The position numbers and the translations under genes were made by a program. Positions 37,761 to 48,169 of a DNA stretch of 64,000 nt are shown here, piece by piece. The stretch is from positions 896,001 to 960,000 of the forward strand of contig OZ242220.1 of NCBI GenBank assembly GCA_965206745.1. The letters are read 5' to 3'. Origin of the DNA: Nitrosopumilus sp. GTDB lineage: Archaea > Thermoproteota > Nitrososphaeria > Nitrososphaerales > Nitrosopumilaceae. The notes under the pieces are model-generated. The model was not told the DNA's origin and searched no databases. It was given only the letters and a program-made list of their open reading frames with translations. Position 1 is the stretch's first letter. Every line of letters starts with the position of its first letter.

Positions 37761-38142
37761 AACCTATCAAAAATCCTCCTATTCCTTTCTGTAATGCTTC
37801 GTGATGTGACATTACTCCTTGGTTTGTTGTTACCACGAGCATGCCCCTGTCATATGCAGGCAAGTACTGTTGCTCCCAATTATTGTATTCATCGGTTCTA
37901 ACTTTGAATCTTGGGGAAATTGCTCCGCATTTTGTTATCTTTGCCAATAGCTTGATTTTGAATTTTCCGCCTCTTTTGTCATCAATGTGCTCAAATTCTC
38001 CTACATACCCTTCTTTTTGAAGCGTCTTTAGCACTTCAATTCCTAGTTTTGATGTTGGAAGAATAATGCAATCTGATTTCCTTCTTGTCTCATTATTGTA
38101 GAGTGTGACAAATAGATTTGCTAAGATGTTTGTTGCTGGCAT
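37750..38142 (-). CDS. rps8: 30S ribosomal protein S8
   Basis: KCGAISPRF and VTTNQGVMSH motifs. Confidence 0.97.
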   Translation of the reverse strand: MPATNILANLFVTLYNNETRRKSDCIILPTSKLGIEVLKTLQKEGYVGEFEHIDDKRGGKFKIKLLAKITKCGAISPRFKVRTDEYNNWEQQYLPAYDRGMLVVTTNQGVMSHHEALQKGIGGFLIGYVY

Positions 38143-38149
38143 TGCTATA

Positions 38150-38329
38150 TCACTTGTTTTTCCTGAACCCTAAAGATGTTGCGACTTCTCTAAAACATCG
38201 TCTGCACAGCATTAAATCATATTTTTGAATAACTGCCGTATAATCCCCGCATCTCTTACACCATCTGGAACCTCTTCCAAAGTCGTGCTTTTTTCTTCCG
38301 GTTGCTTCGTAGGATCTGTCTTTTGCCAT
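38150..38329 (-). CDS. rps14: 30S ribosomal protein S14 (Zn type); not in the ORF track
   Basis: MAKDRSYEATGRKKHDFGRGSRWCKRCG...LCRRCFREVATSLGFRKNK. Confidence 0.95.
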   Translation of the reverse strand: MAKDRSYEATGRKKHDFGRGSRWCKRCGDYTAVIQKYDLMLCRRCFREVATSLGFRKNK

Positions 38330-38850
38330 TATGTTACAGTCACTCCGAATTCCTTTGTCAGATATTCCTTTGCTTCCTGACTTTTTATGATGTGTGCTTT
38401 TCCAATTCTAGCTTTGTGTTTGCTTCGAGTTCTAATTCCAAATCCTGGCCTGGTTAGTGTAATTGAGATTCCAAGGCCCAGTATTCCGATTTGAGGATCG
38501 TACTTTACACCCTGGATGTCTATGTGCTCATTAATTCCAAATGAGAAATTCCCAAAATTGTCAAATGATTTGCCATTTACTGTGTTGCCTTTGGCATCAA
38601 GCAATCTTTTCAATAGTGCCACAGCATCATCCCCGCGAATTGTTACTGCTACGCCTATTGGTTCGCCTTTCCTGACTCCCCAGTCTCTGTATGCTGCCTT
38701 TGCATTGCGTGTAGATGGCTTTTTTCCAGAAATTTGCTCTAGTGCTTTTATTGCAATATTGATTACATCGCCTGATTTTCCTAAACCCATGTTTAATACA
38801 ATCTTCTCTAAAGAGATTTTTTTCATTGGGGATTCTGTTACTTGAGACAT
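38329..38850 (-). CDS. rpl5: 50S ribosomal protein L5
   Basis: EKIVLNMG and GNFSFGINEHID motifs. Confidence 0.97.
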   Translation of the reverse strand: MSQVTESPMKKISLEKIVLNMGLGKSGDVINIAIKALEQISGKKPSTRNAKAAYRDWGVRKGEPIGVAVTIRGDDAVALLKRLLDAKGNTVNGKSFDNFGNFSFGINEHIDIQGVKYDPQIGILGLGISITLTRPGFGIRTRSKHKARIGKAHIIKSQEAKEYLTKEFGVTVT

Positions 38851-38854
38851 GTGA

Positions 38855-39571
38855 TCACTTTAGTTGAATTATTGGCTCCTCTTTTCCAATTGGCATGATG
38901 ATGTCTGCGGGAATTTCGATTTTCCTATCCCCTAATGAAAGAATTACTCTTTTTGGAAGGATGAAGGTTCCTTCCTCTACGGTTTCAATTTTTCCAATTT
39001 GACCTGCGTTACTTCCTCGCGTAACTAGTCCCTGACAACCTGCTTCTAATTTAATTACTTCAATAATCTTTTGTTCTGGAACCTGAATCAAGCATGTATC
39101 TCCAATACTCACTTTGGTATCTGAGATTACTGAACGGCCGTCATGGAATCCAACTTGCATCTTTCCCTTGTTTAGCGTGGTTTTTGTAACGACTCTGACA
39201 AGTTTTTTAGATTTTTCTGATTCGTTAATTTTAATCGGCTCTAGTAGTTTATCTTCAGTTGGAACCAGACGGTAAATTTCTGGAACATTTTCTAGCTCCA
39301 CGACATCCATTAACCCAATTGCATGGTGGAGTGATTTTCTTACAACCCCGTCAATCTTTACCTTTCCAGAATAAATTGTAGCCTTTGCTTCTCTTAGACT
39401 GGTTACAATACTTAGCATGTCTCTAAGAAATACGGCAGTCGGTACTGAATCGCTCTTTTTATGTGGACCAGGCTTTACAGTAATTACGAACCTCTTGTTT
39501 TTTCTGGCAATACCCCAGAATTGTGGAGCCATTTGACGTTTGAGTTTCTTACTGCCTGCTATGCTTACCAT
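38855..39571 (-). CDS. rps4e: 30S ribosomal protein S4e
   Basis: KKLKRQMAP, PGPH and KIDGVVR motifs. Confidence 0.97.
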   Translation of the reverse strand: MVSIAGSKKLKRQMAPQFWGIARKNKRFVITVKPGPHKKSDSVPTAVFLRDMLSIVTSLREAKATIYSGKVKIDGVVRKSLHHAIGLMDVVELENVPEIYRLVPTEDKLLEPIKINESEKSKKLVRVVTKTTLNKGKMQVGFHDGRSVISDTKVSIGDTCLIQVPEQKIIEVIKLEAGCQGLVTRGSNAGQIGKIETVEEGTFILPKRVILSLGDRKIEIPADIIMPIGKEEPIIQLK

Positions 39572-40194
39572 TAATTCTCATCTTCCTCTTTTTTGGCTTT
39601 TTCTGCTCCTTTTGTTTCTTTAGGGGGCGCCTCTACAACCTCTAGCTTTGTTTCCTTGGGTTTCTCTACAACCTCTGGCTTTGTTTCCTTGGGTTTCTCT
39701 ACAACCTCTGGCTTTGTTTCCTTGGGTTTCTCTACAACCTCTGGCTTTGTTTCCTTGGGTTTCTCTACAACCTCTGGCTTTGTTTCTTTTGCTATTTTTG
39801 GCTTTGTCTCTGCATCCACTTTGGGTGTTTTTGGTTGTTTTCTAGGATCTTTGCCCTCTAGTTTTGCAATTCTCCACTTGTCTTCTGTATTGAGTGAAGT
39901 AACTACAAGATTGGATGTGTGGATGTAAACGTCAAATTTATCGCCCTTTGTTTTTTCTTTCTTTACCCCTTCAATTGCAACACTGCTTTTGGGTATGGAT
40001 ATTTTAGATACCTTGCCATCCACACCTTTGAACTCTCCTCTGAGTATTTTGATACTGTCACCTTCAATCACTCTGACACTTTTTTTGCCGTATTTTTTAT
40101 GAAGATCCTTGGAAAGTGTACTGCCAAGCTGCTTGCTTTTGGTTTTGTATGTTGCCTGATAAATCATCTGATTGCGCATTTTTGTTGGCTTCAT
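39571..40194 (-). CDS. rpl24: 50S ribosomal protein L24 (uL24) with repeat-expanded C-terminal tail
   Basis: [16 protein letters not shown] motif and IHTSNL. Tail carries ([11 protein letters not shown])n. Confidence 0.95.
   Translation of the reverse strand: MKPTKMRNQMIYQATYKTKSKQLGSTLSKDLHKKYGKKSVRVIEGDSIKILRGEFKGVDGKVSKISIPKSSVAIEGVKKEKTKGDKFDVYIHTSNLVVTSLNTEDKWRIAKLEGKDPRKQPKTPKVDAETKPKIAKETKPEVVEKPKETKPEVVEKPKETKPEVVEKPKETKPEVVEKPKETKLEVVEAPPKETKGAEKAKKEEDEN
39631..39787 (-). repeat. Coding tandem repeat, 33 bp x about 4.7
   Basis: CTCTACAACCTCTGGCTTTGTTTCCTTGGGTTT units start at 39631, 39664, 39697, 39730 and 39763 (partial). Confidence 0.92.
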
Positions 40195-40198
40195 TCTA

Positions 40199-40621
40199 TC
40201 ATACCACCATTGATGCCAAGTTAGCTACTCTTGGCCACTTTTCTGTAGCTTCTGCTGCAACTGGTCCTTTGATGTCTGTCCCCTTGGTCTCTCCTTCCGG
40301 AGTGATAAGCACTGCTGCGTTATCCTCAAAACAGACTCTTACACCGTTTAATCTTCTGACTGCATATTTCTGCCTAATGATTACCGCGCCATACACCTGC
40401 TTTCTTAACTCTGCAGGACCTTTCTTGACTACCACATTGCAAAAGTCTCCGACAGACGCTGATGCAAGTCTGGATGATCTTGTATGGTGTCTTGGAACGT
40501 TGATTACTTCTAAAATTTTAGCCCCTGAATTATCTGCACACACGATATTTGCACCAATTGGAATTACTTTAGTTACATACGGTCTGAATTCCTCCACTCC
40601 CTTGCCTGCTTGCTTTGCCAT
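40199..40621 (-). CDS. rpl14: 50S ribosomal protein L14
   Basis: CADNSGAK and FEDNAAV motifs. Start at MAKQAG. Confidence 0.97.
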   Translation of the reverse strand: MAKQAGKGVEEFRPYVTKVIPIGANIVCADNSGAKILEVINVPRHHTRSSRLASASVGDFCNVVVKKGPAELRKQVYGAVIIRQKYAVRRLNGVRVCFEDNAAVLITPEGETKGTDIKGPVAAEATEKWPRVANLASMVV

Positions 40622-40944
40622 TATGCTTTGACCTCCACCACAACATATGATACTGATTTGGAGATTGGCCTGCACTCTGCAGTTAATACGTGATCCCCTG
40701 TTTCAACATCCATGCAACCTGGAACATGTGCGTGAATGGTGCTTGTTCCTCTTGCATATCTCTTAAACTTGCTAAAGTAAATAGGCGCATCTTTCTGCAG
40801 TGTGATGGTCTGCTTTGCCTTGCTGCCTGTTACCTTGCCATCAAATAATTTTCCTCTGACTGATAAACCCCCGTGGAAGGGACAATGTTTGTCTGCACAT
40901 TCCCTTGTTGGTTCTTTGACTTTTAATCCGATATTTTGAGTCAT
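40621..40944 (-). CDS. rps17: 30S ribosomal protein S17
   Basis: CADKHCPFHG and AECRPISK motifs. Confidence 0.97.
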   Translation of the reverse strand: MTQNIGLKVKEPTRECADKHCPFHGGLSVRGKLFDGKVTGSKAKQTITLQKDAPIYFSKFKRYARGTSTIHAHVPGCMDVETGDHVLTAECRPISKSVSYVVVEVKA

Positions 40945-41207
40945 GATCTTCTCCCGATTCTCTCAAATGGTCTTTTTGAAATCCTGCTTCCTTTTACAAC
41001 CACGTCTCTTCCTTGGATTGAGAATTTCCAGCTGTTGGTTGATTTTGCAATCGATTTTGCCCCATTTTCTGTGTTAATTGTGAACATTGATTTTGTTTCA
41101 TTGATGATCCTTCCATTTAATCCTATTACTTGGGGGTTGGTGGATTCAATGATCTCAGTATCTAATCCTATGAGTTCGTGTGATGTGATGTTGTCTGCTG
41201 TAATCAT
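40941..41207 (-). CDS. rnp1: RNase P protein Rpp29/Pop4
   Basis: HELIGL...GRIINETKSM...KRPFER. Confidence 0.92.
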   Translation of the reverse strand: MITADNITSHELIGLDTEIIESTNPQVIGLNGRIINETKSMFTINTENGAKSIAKSTNSWKFSIQGRDVVVKGSRISKRPFERIGRRS

Positions 41208-41410
41208 TTCTCATTCCTCACCTCAGTCAGCCTAGTTAGCATTCTTGCAATGTCGTGTCGCATTGGCTTTAACTTTCCACTCTTTTTTCGCAACGTCCCT
41301 TTAGATGCATCAACCCTGAGTTTGGTTAGTTCACTGCGCGTTTCTTGGATTTTGCTTTTGAGATCTTTTTCACTTAGCTGCTTAATCGTCTTCATGCTGA
41401 GTCTGGTCAT
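41204..41410 (-). CDS. rpl29: 50S ribosomal protein L29
   Basis: RHDIARMLT; operon position. Confidence 0.93.
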   Translation of the reverse strand: MTRLSMKTIKQLSEKDLKSKIQETRSELTKLRVDASKGTLRKKSGKLKPMRHDIARMLTRLTEVRNEK

Positions 41411-42195
41411 TTTAATTTGTTCTCCTCTTCCTCTAGTGTTTCAATTTTTTCTATTTTCTTTGCCTCTAGTGATATTTTCTCTGATTCTGATTCTGCCTTG
41501 TCTTGCTTGCCTTCCACCTTGACAACCTCCACTTTTGAGCCTTCGACTTCTATCTCTTCCACCTTGACGGTCGGCTTTTCAGCAGTTTTTGCCTTCTTTG
41601 TCTTTTCTTTCCTCATTTCAAACTCTGGAACGAATTTCTCTTTTCTTGCGATTCTGATTCTAATCCCAATTAGCCCCATTGCTGTCTTTACATGCGCAAT
41701 GTCTTCATCAACTATGACTTCTGCATGGTGTCCTGCTCTTGGCAGAATTCCCTGAGTGTGCTTTTCAAATGCCGAACGATCTCCTCTGAGTTTTCCTGAA
41801 ATTGTAATTTGAACGCCCATTGCGCCGCCTTCCATTATCTGTTTTAGTGTCCACATTGTTGCCCTTCTAAATGCGGTTCCCCTCTCCAAATGCGATGCCA
41901 TTCTGTTACACATTACGCTTGGTGCAAGCTCTGGTTTTTCAATCTCTACGACTGAAATTTGGGGATTTTTTAATCCAAAGTCTAATGCAAGCTTGTCAGT
42001 TAATGCTCTGATTCCAGAACCTTTTCTGCCTATTACTATTCCCGGTCTTGTTACGTGCAATGCGACTCTGGTCCCTACCGGTGTCTTTGAAATTTCTGCA
42101 TGGGAGAAACCTGCGTCCTTGATTGCGTCCCTGAGATAGTCTTTGAGCAACATCATGTTGTAGTTGTCTTTGATCACATTCTTTACAGCCGACAT
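41407..42195 (-). CDS. rps3: 30S ribosomal protein S3
   Basis: [12 protein letters not shown] motif and ISGKLRG. Confidence 0.97.
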   Translation of the reverse strand: MSAVKNVIKDNYNMMLLKDYLRDAIKDAGFSHAEISKTPVGTRVALHVTRPGIVIGRKGSGIRALTDKLALDFGLKNPQISVVEIEKPELAPSVMCNRMASHLERGTAFRRATMWTLKQIMEGGAMGVQITISGKLRGDRSAFEKHTQGILPRAGHHAEVIVDEDIAHVKTAMGLIGIRIRIARKEKFVPEFEMRKEKTKKAKTAEKPTVKVEEIEVEGSKVEVVKVEGKQDKAESESEKISLEAKKIEKIETLEEEENKLK

Positions 42196-42197
42196 TT

Positions 42198-42656
42198 CTA
42201 AATCTCCCTTGCCACCAATTCTACGTGGGTCAGTACGTTGTTCTTTGGGGTTGCCCTTCCCATTGCTCTTGGAATGAATCTTTTTACTGTGACTCCTTTG
42301 TGAACAGTTGCGTTTACAATTCTCAGTCTGTCCAAATCCATTCCCTTGTATTCTGCGTTTGATTCCAAATTATCTATGACTTTGATGAACTCTTTTGCAG
42401 TTTTTTGTGGATAGCGCCCTGACATTACTCCTGGGTCTGGTTTGTGTCCCACTTGATTTTTATATCTTCTAAATGGAACTGCCCTCTTTTTGTTAATCAC
42501 TGCAATTAGATAGTCTCTTGCTTTTTCAATTGACAGTCCTTTGATTGACACGGCCACTTCGCGCGCATGCTTGTGTGAGATGTCTTTTTCTCTTAATGAA
42601 GAACGTACGTGTCTTGTTGGGTCGTAATTTTGGAAAGCGTAGTTGAATCTGCCCAT
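42198..42656 (-). CDS. rpl22: 50S ribosomal protein L22
   Basis: GRYPQK and PRAMGRA motifs. Confidence 0.97.
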   Translation of the reverse strand: MGRFNYAFQNYDPTRHVRSSLREKDISHKHAREVAVSIKGLSIEKARDYLIAVINKKRAVPFRRYKNQVGHKPDPGVMSGRYPQKTAKEFIKVIDNLESNAEYKGMDLDRLRIVNATVHKGVTVKRFIPRAMGRATPKNNVLTHVELVAREI

Positions 42657-42661
42657 GATAA

Positions 42662-43057
42662 TCACTTTAATGGTACGTAAAGGCTGGATCTTGATGCGCC
42701 GACACCTGGTGCACCATGTGAAACCTTCTTGTTCGTTATTACATATTCTCCCAGATAATGCCCAATCATCTCAGTCGTTATTACAACTGGTTGGAACTCT
42801 TTTCCGGAGAATGTGTTTACTGTAACTCCTACCATGTATGGCAGGACAATCAAATCTCTGACGTGAGTTTTGATAGGATTCTTTAATTTGCCTGCTTTTG
42901 CAGACTTTATCTCTTCAATTAATTTTCTTTTTCCGTCTGTGATTCCTCTTGTAAGTGATCGCCTCTGTCTTGAATTAAACAGCAGGAATAATTTTTCTAG
43001 TGACAGACTATCTAGCTCCTCTTTTGGAATGCCTCTGTATAAAAATTCTTTAACCAT
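42662..43057 (-). CDS. rps19: 30S ribosomal protein S19
   Basis: KTHVRD and MIGHYLGEY motifs. Confidence 0.97.
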   Translation of the reverse strand: MVKEFLYRGIPKEELDSLSLEKLFLLFNSRQRRSLTRGITDGKRKLIEEIKSAKAGKLKNPIKTHVRDLIVLPYMVGVTVNTFSGKEFQPVVITTEMIGHYLGEYVITNKKVSHGAPGVGASRSSLYVPLK

Positions 43058-43101
43058 CTCTCTTCTCCTCTGTTAATGTACTTCGAGTTTTATAGTCCAT
43101 A

Positions 43102-43368
43102 TTAGAGCATTCCTATCTTTGTTGCCAAATCCCTGGCTTTTTCGGTATTTTCAAATTGAACAAAAGCCTTTTTACCATAAATCGTCCTTGCCGTGTTTAC
43201 TTTTTTGACATTATGATTGTAAAGGGCCTTTACTGCCTGTGAAATTTCTGACTTATTTGCAGATATCTCCACTATGAAACAGATCTTGCTTTCATTCTCG
43301 ATCATTGCAAAGGTCTTTTCTGTAATGTACGGCTTTATGATGATCTTCATTGCCTGTTCAACATTCAT
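43102..43368 (-). CDS. rpl23: 50S ribosomal protein L23
   Basis: PYITEK and GKKAFV motifs. Confidence 0.95.
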   Translation of the reverse strand: MNVEQAMKIIIKPYITEKTFAMIENESKICFIVEISANKSEISQAVKALYNHNVKKVNTARTIYGKKAFVQFENTEKARDLATKIGML

Positions 43369-44177
43369 TGTGTTTTCACCATTATTTCAAGATGTACTGA
43401 TTTTATCTTTCCAATCGCCTCTATTGCTGATTTGGAATATACTGTTAGTCTGATTGGGTCTGAACCTGGGGCCAAATCCAACACGCTCAAATTTTTGACA
43501 TCCCTTACCTCCACTCCTGGTACTGCGCCTGTTGCTTTTGAAAGATTTGATGAATCTGCTGTCACAAACAATACGCTTTTTCCTATCTTCTTGGTTCTAC
43601 CTCTGAGTCTTGATTGTCCAGAGCGGTGCTTTCTTGCGTCTAGTCTTTGCACATCCTGTGTTAGATTCAATGCGTCTAAGACTTTGACAATCTCGCTTGT
43701 TTTGCTAACTGATTCTATGTCGTCTGAGACTATGATTGGGAATGACTCTATACCCTTGACCTTGTGACCTCTTAACTCGACAAGTTCTTTTGATGCTGTT
43801 GCTGCAATTGCAGAGCACAGTGCTAGCTTGTTCTCTTTTTTGTTTAACTTTTTGTAAATTACCCTCTCTACGATTGGCGGATGTGCTTGTCTTCCCCCTC
43901 TGGTAGATGCTACCTCTGCCCCCTGTCCCTGTCTTCCGCCTCCGCCTCCTTGCATTCTCGCTACACGGGAGACTCCTTGACCTGTGGGGGGATCGTTTGA
44001 ATCTGCAACCACATCCATGCCTGCGTTTGGTTTTCTTCCCTGTCTTTGGAATTTGTGGGACGTTAAATTGGTAACAGCTTTGTGAATCAAATCCTTCCTA
44101 TATGGCGTTGAGAAGATTACGGGCAGTTCGATATCTGCATCCTTTGTCCCGTCAATTGTGTATGATGTCGTCTTCAT
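43365..44177 (-). CDS. rpl4: 50S ribosomal protein L4
   Basis: TRGGRQAHPP and LAPG motifs. Confidence 0.97.
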   Translation of the reverse strand: MKTTSYTIDGTKDADIELPVIFSTPYRKDLIHKAVTNLTSHKFQRQGRKPNAGMDVVADSNDPPTGQGVSRVARMQGGGGGRQGQGAEVASTRGGRQAHPPIVERVIYKKLNKKENKLALCSAIAATASKELVELRGHKVKGIESFPIIVSDDIESVSKTSEIVKVLDALNLTQDVQRLDARKHRSGQSRLRGRTKKIGKSVLFVTADSSNLSKATGAVPGVEVRDVKNLSVLDLAPGSDPIRLTVYSKSAIEAIGKIKSVHLEIMVKTQ

Positions 44178-45172
44178 CAGATGACTACCTCCAAAATGTT
44201 TGGCTTGATAACTTTGTCTGGCGCATTTCTGATTTGACTCCTTAGTTTGATTAATCTCTTGTACGTTCCTGGAACTGAACCTTTTAGAATGATAAAGTCT
44301 CCTTTGACTAGTCCAAAGTGTTTGTAACCCCCATCAGGGTTGATCTTAATCTTGTCTGATTCGGTATTGCCCATAATCATAATTCGCTTATCATATTCCA
44401 CTCTTTGATGGAACCCAGTCTGTCCTGCTCTTGGAACTGTATACATGACGCTTTGTGGTGAGATTGGACCCAGTGAACCCACTTCTCTAACCGTTTTTCT
44501 TGATTTGTGCTGTTTCTTTTTGACACCCCATCTTCTCAACACTCCTTGCCATCCGTGACCTTTTGTAATTGCTGCAACATCCACAGTTGCACCCGTTTCA
44601 AAAATTTGCTCGATTTTAATCTCCTTTCCTAGTGACTCTTTGACATGTGCAAACTGTTTTTTAATATCCCCTCCACTGACCATTGCCTCAAAAATATACG
44701 GCTTCTTCATCTCTAATCCTGCCGCTCTTGGAGAAACTGCAACAATCGCATAAATCTCTTTAATTCTCTTTAATCTTGACTCTGCATTTTCAATTGAACC
44801 TGCAATATTTTTTATGTTGATCTCCTTTGCGATATTTTTTGGAATATCTTCTGCATACACGTCAAACTCTGCATGCTTTCCATCGTGATCTTTTGAATAT
44901 CCCCTAATTCCTAGGATCAAGACTGGAGGCGTGACTAACACTGTGCCCAAACTAACTAGCTGCTTTCCTGCATTTGGCACTTTGTCACGATCATCGATGC
45001 TGACTATCTGCACGCATCCTGCTTTGAATCCACAGTGTGCTAAAATTTTTGGTTCGTCTGTTGCTGATAATTTTGGCCAAGCTCTGATTCTTGCCTCCAT
45101 GCTTTTTGCACGTACCCTGCGTGAGTATGCAAGACTTCCTCTGCGTGGTTGATGTCGTTTTCGAGCTCCCAT
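44177..45172 (-). CDS. rpl3: 50S ribosomal protein L3
   Basis: PRRGSL, GFKAG, TKGHG and KGSVPG motifs. Confidence 0.97.
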   Translation of the reverse strand: MGARKRHQPRRGSLAYSRRVRAKSMEARIRAWPKLSATDEPKILAHCGFKAGCVQIVSIDDRDKVPNAGKQLVSLGTVLVTPPVLILGIRGYSKDHDGKHAEFDVYAEDIPKNIAKEINIKNIAGSIENAESRLKRIKEIYAIVAVSPRAAGLEMKKPYIFEAMVSGGDIKKQFAHVKESLGKEIKIEQIFETGATVDVAAITKGHGWQGVLRRWGVKKKQHKSRKTVREVGSLGPISPQSVMYTVPRAGQTGFHQRVEYDKRIMIMGNTESDKIKINPDGGYKHFGLVKGDFIILKGSVPGTYKRLIKLRSQIRNAPDKVIKPNILEVVI

Positions 45173-45381
45173 GACTAAAACGCATCATCGATTTCCCTCT
45201 ATTAAACCATGTGTGATGTCGTTAACCATCAAAAAAATCCAGGTTAACCAACTATGCCTATTTTCATGGCAAAATTAATTCCGAGACAGAATTCCAAATT
45301 GTAAATCCCCCAATAATGATCCCGGCAGCTCCCAAACCGATTGCCAATAACAGGAAATTTTTTCTTTCAGGCATATCCAGA

Positions 45382-46188
45382 TTAATTGTTGGCATTAATT
45401 ATTGCTAGTGTTCCTAGCAGTGCTTCTTCTAGGCGTACGGTTTCTGTTGCTTGGTTTGGGAAAAAGTTTATCGACTTTGCATTTTGAACCTTGTTCATTC
45501 TTCCACCGATGATCTCATGAACTCCCCTTTCAGGTGACCCGAAAACCACAAGGGTGGACTCGCCTGATTTTTTATATTTTGACAATTGCTCGCTTGATAC
45601 TGGCTTTCCCTTCCTTGATGTTATGATGATGTTTCCCTTCCATTCTGATAATATTGAAAACAAGTTTGCTCTTTCTTTAACAGAGTATCCCCAGTATGTT
45701 GGAACCTCGCTCTTGTCTATGTCCTTGATTGATAGTTTTGGATAGCCTTCTTTGAATTTGACTGTGACCCTTTTTCCAATTGAAACGCTGCCATAATACT
45801 GGATTAGCTGATTAATCCCGACATCTACAAATTTCTTGCCCTTTGCACCTATTACGATGCCTTCCCTGATGTCTCCTGTGATGATTTTCTTAGAATTTAC
45901 TGGCGTATTGTGACTTGGAATTTTTAATGGTTGCAAAACCCCTGCAAACTTTAAATCATTCATTTTGGAAAATAACCTTCTTCTCAAAAACTGCGGCGTC
46001 TCCAAATATTTTAGAATCATTATCATTAGTCCAAGATCCGGCTTTTTACTCCCTTCTTGGTAGACATAGATCGTATCAATTTTAAAAATCGCGCATGCTC
46101 TGGCCAGAACTGAGATCTTTCTTGTCTTGTCAATTTTTAGCGATTCATCTGATAAAGCAGACTCGGGAATTGCAACAGATAATTTCAA
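45382..46188 (-). CDS. SPOUT RNA methyltransferase (DUF171 / SPOUT1-like)
   Basis: LSVAIPES, YLETPQFLR and PNQATETVRLEEA motifs. Confidence 0.9.
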   Translation of the reverse strand: MKLSVAIPESALSDESLKIDKTRKISVLARACAIFKIDTIYVYQEGSKKPDLGLMIMILKYLETPQFLRRRLFSKMNDLKFAGVLQPLKIPSHNTPVNSKKIITGDIREGIVIGAKGKKFVDVGINQLIQYYGSVSIGKRVTVKFKEGYPKLSIKDIDKSEVPTYWGYSVKERANLFSILSEWKGNIIITSRKGKPVSSEQLSKYKKSGESTLVVFGSPERGVHEIIGGRMNKVQNAKSINFFPNQATETVRLEEALLGTLAIINANN

Positions 46189-46219
46189 TATAATTTAATC
46201 TCACAGGTGCCTTAAATAA

Positions 46220-46957
46220 TTATTTTTGGTCGTGTGGGTATTTTGCCTTGGCATCGTTTGCATATTTTGTAATTTGTTCATCTGATATCAGCTCATACAA
46301 TCCTGTTTCCTTTTTAATACATGCCATTCTGATGTGATTTGTTCCTTCCTTATCTTCGCTTGAAAGATAAATCCCTGCAGTGGCCAACACTGCTGTGTCA
46401 TCAAGTGAAAGATCTCCCTTGTATGCCTTTTCCAAAAAGTCTGTCACTTGATCAGAGCCGGAACCGATTGCTATTGCGTCATAGGAGATGTATGTGCCAC
46501 TAGGATCTGTTAGATACAACTGAGGTGTGTTATTTACAACTCCTCCGAGAATCAGTGCCACACCAAATGGTCTTACGCCGGCATACTGGGTATATTGCTG
46601 GCATTGATCGGCCAAATGTTTGGCAATAGTTTCAACTTCGACTGGTTCGTCATAAACCATCTTGTTACTTTGAGAAAAGAATCTTGCATTGTCTACCTGA
46701 CTTCTTGCATCTGGAATGTATCCTGCGGCTGCCACTCCAACATGATCATCTATTTGAAAGATCTTTTGAGCAATATCTGAAATCTGTAATTTTCTTGGTT
46801 TTTCTTCAACTGCGATAATGATGCCATCTTTGCATTTTATGCCTACTGCAATTGTCCCCCTTCTAACAGTTTCAATGGCGTATTCTACTTGGTATAGTCT
46901 GCCGTCTGGGGAGAACACTGTGATTGCTCTATCGTAACCTTGTTGTGCAGGAAGCAT
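46220..46957 (-). CDS. psmA: Proteasome subunit alpha
   Basis: YDRAITVFSPDGRLYQVEYA signature. Confidence 0.97.
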   Translation of the reverse strand: MLPAQQGYDRAITVFSPDGRLYQVEYAIETVRRGTIAVGIKCKDGIIIAVEEKPRKLQISDIAQKIFQIDDHVGVAAAGYIPDARSQVDNARFFSQSNKMVYDEPVEVETIAKHLADQCQQYTQYAGVRPFGVALILGGVVNNTPQLYLTDPSGTYISYDAIAIGSGSDQVTDFLEKAYKGDLSLDDTAVLATAGIYLSSEDKEGTNHIRMACIKKETGLYELISDEQITKYANDAKAKYPHDQK

Positions 46958-47091
46958 TTGATTGCAATGCTTTGATTATACAATTTAAACCATGCCAATA
47001 ATTACGAGGAATTACCACGTTGATCGGAGCCTATCCTGCAAAGAATATTGCAAATCAAACGTTAATTTGAAACTTGAGTTGTAATTGATTT

Positions 47092-47538
47092 ATGAAGTTT
47101 GAAATTGCATTTTCTGGGCATGAAAATATCCGCTCCAACCACAAAAAGACACTGGAGATCACCAGGGAATCTCATTTGACACCCAGAGGGGATTGCATCG
47201 TCGGTGTCAATGCAAAATCAGGCTGTGCTGACTTGCCTGATGAGCTAAAAAACAAACTTAGAAACTCTGACTCAAAAGTGACTATCTCAATTAAAGTTGG
47301 CAACGATATCTTTGTGATGGAAGGAAGAGGACATCCTAGTCTAATTCTGAGCCATGCTGAGGATATTGTTATCAGAAAAAGCGACTTTGTTTGTCCACGA
47401 ACGCTTGCAGTAAAGTGCGACAAGGCATCTGATCTGCTACCTCGGAGCATGGTAGCCCTGTTACAAAATCCCGAAACGGTAGGCATCCTCACAATTACTG
47501 TTAAATCACCAAAAGATCCGACTGTACTCCCAAATTAA
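47092..47538 (+). CDS. DUF371 family protein
   Basis: GHENIRSNHKKTLEITRESHLTPRGDCIVGV. Confidence 0.9.
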   Translation: MKFEIAFSGHENIRSNHKKTLEITRESHLTPRGDCIVGVNAKSGCADLPDELKNKLRNSDSKVTISIKVGNDIFVMEGRGHPSLILSHAEDIVIRKSDFVCPRTLAVKCDKASDLLPRSMVALLQNPETVGILTITVKSPKDPTVLPN

Positions 47539-47559
47539 CTAAAAAAATCTGATTTTTCA

Positions 47560-48100
47560 TACATTTGGATCTACTGTGATCCTGATAATAAAAGAGAAGA
47601 TTGATGTTCCAATCACCGATAGCATGACTGATTGGTATGTCGTGTTATAACAAACCATGTTTGCAATGATGCGACATCCCTTGAGATGGCTCCGATGAAA
47701 TATTAGATGAGGCCGAGGAAATTCAGACAGGTTACAAGGATATGAAGAGAATCCTGCCGCGTACGACCAGTACGAATAGTTCTATTCGACTGTTTTTGCT
47801 TTATCTCTCCATCATGGTGTACGATACATGGGTCTCTGCAAAGATATATCCTGGTATCCTGATGACTCTACTCATGACTATATCACGTATGATGGATGTT
47901 GCAATCGGAGGTATGTAGACAGCAAAGAAAAAGTCACCTGATAATGGTCAGTCGAGGAAAGGGATGCAATCGGAATTTCCGCTGACACTGTCACAATTTT
48001 ATAGGCTATCCTCCAATTTTGTTCATGGGTCGGAAAACAAACTTCTTTCTTCTTGTTCCTTTGGCCACTTTTGCTGCCATCATTATTGGATTTGGCCTTT
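47560..48100 (-). pseudogene. Possible decayed membrane-protein gene
   Basis: About 600-bp gap containing short hydrophobic minus-strand fragments (e.g. FFFAVYIPPIATSIIRDIVMSRVIRIPGYIFA) broken by stops. Confidence 0.25.
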
Positions 48101-48169
48101 ACAATACGATCTGTAAAAACTCAAACATTCCAATTAATTGCTAGGTAGGGAAAAACTATTTGGGATTTG

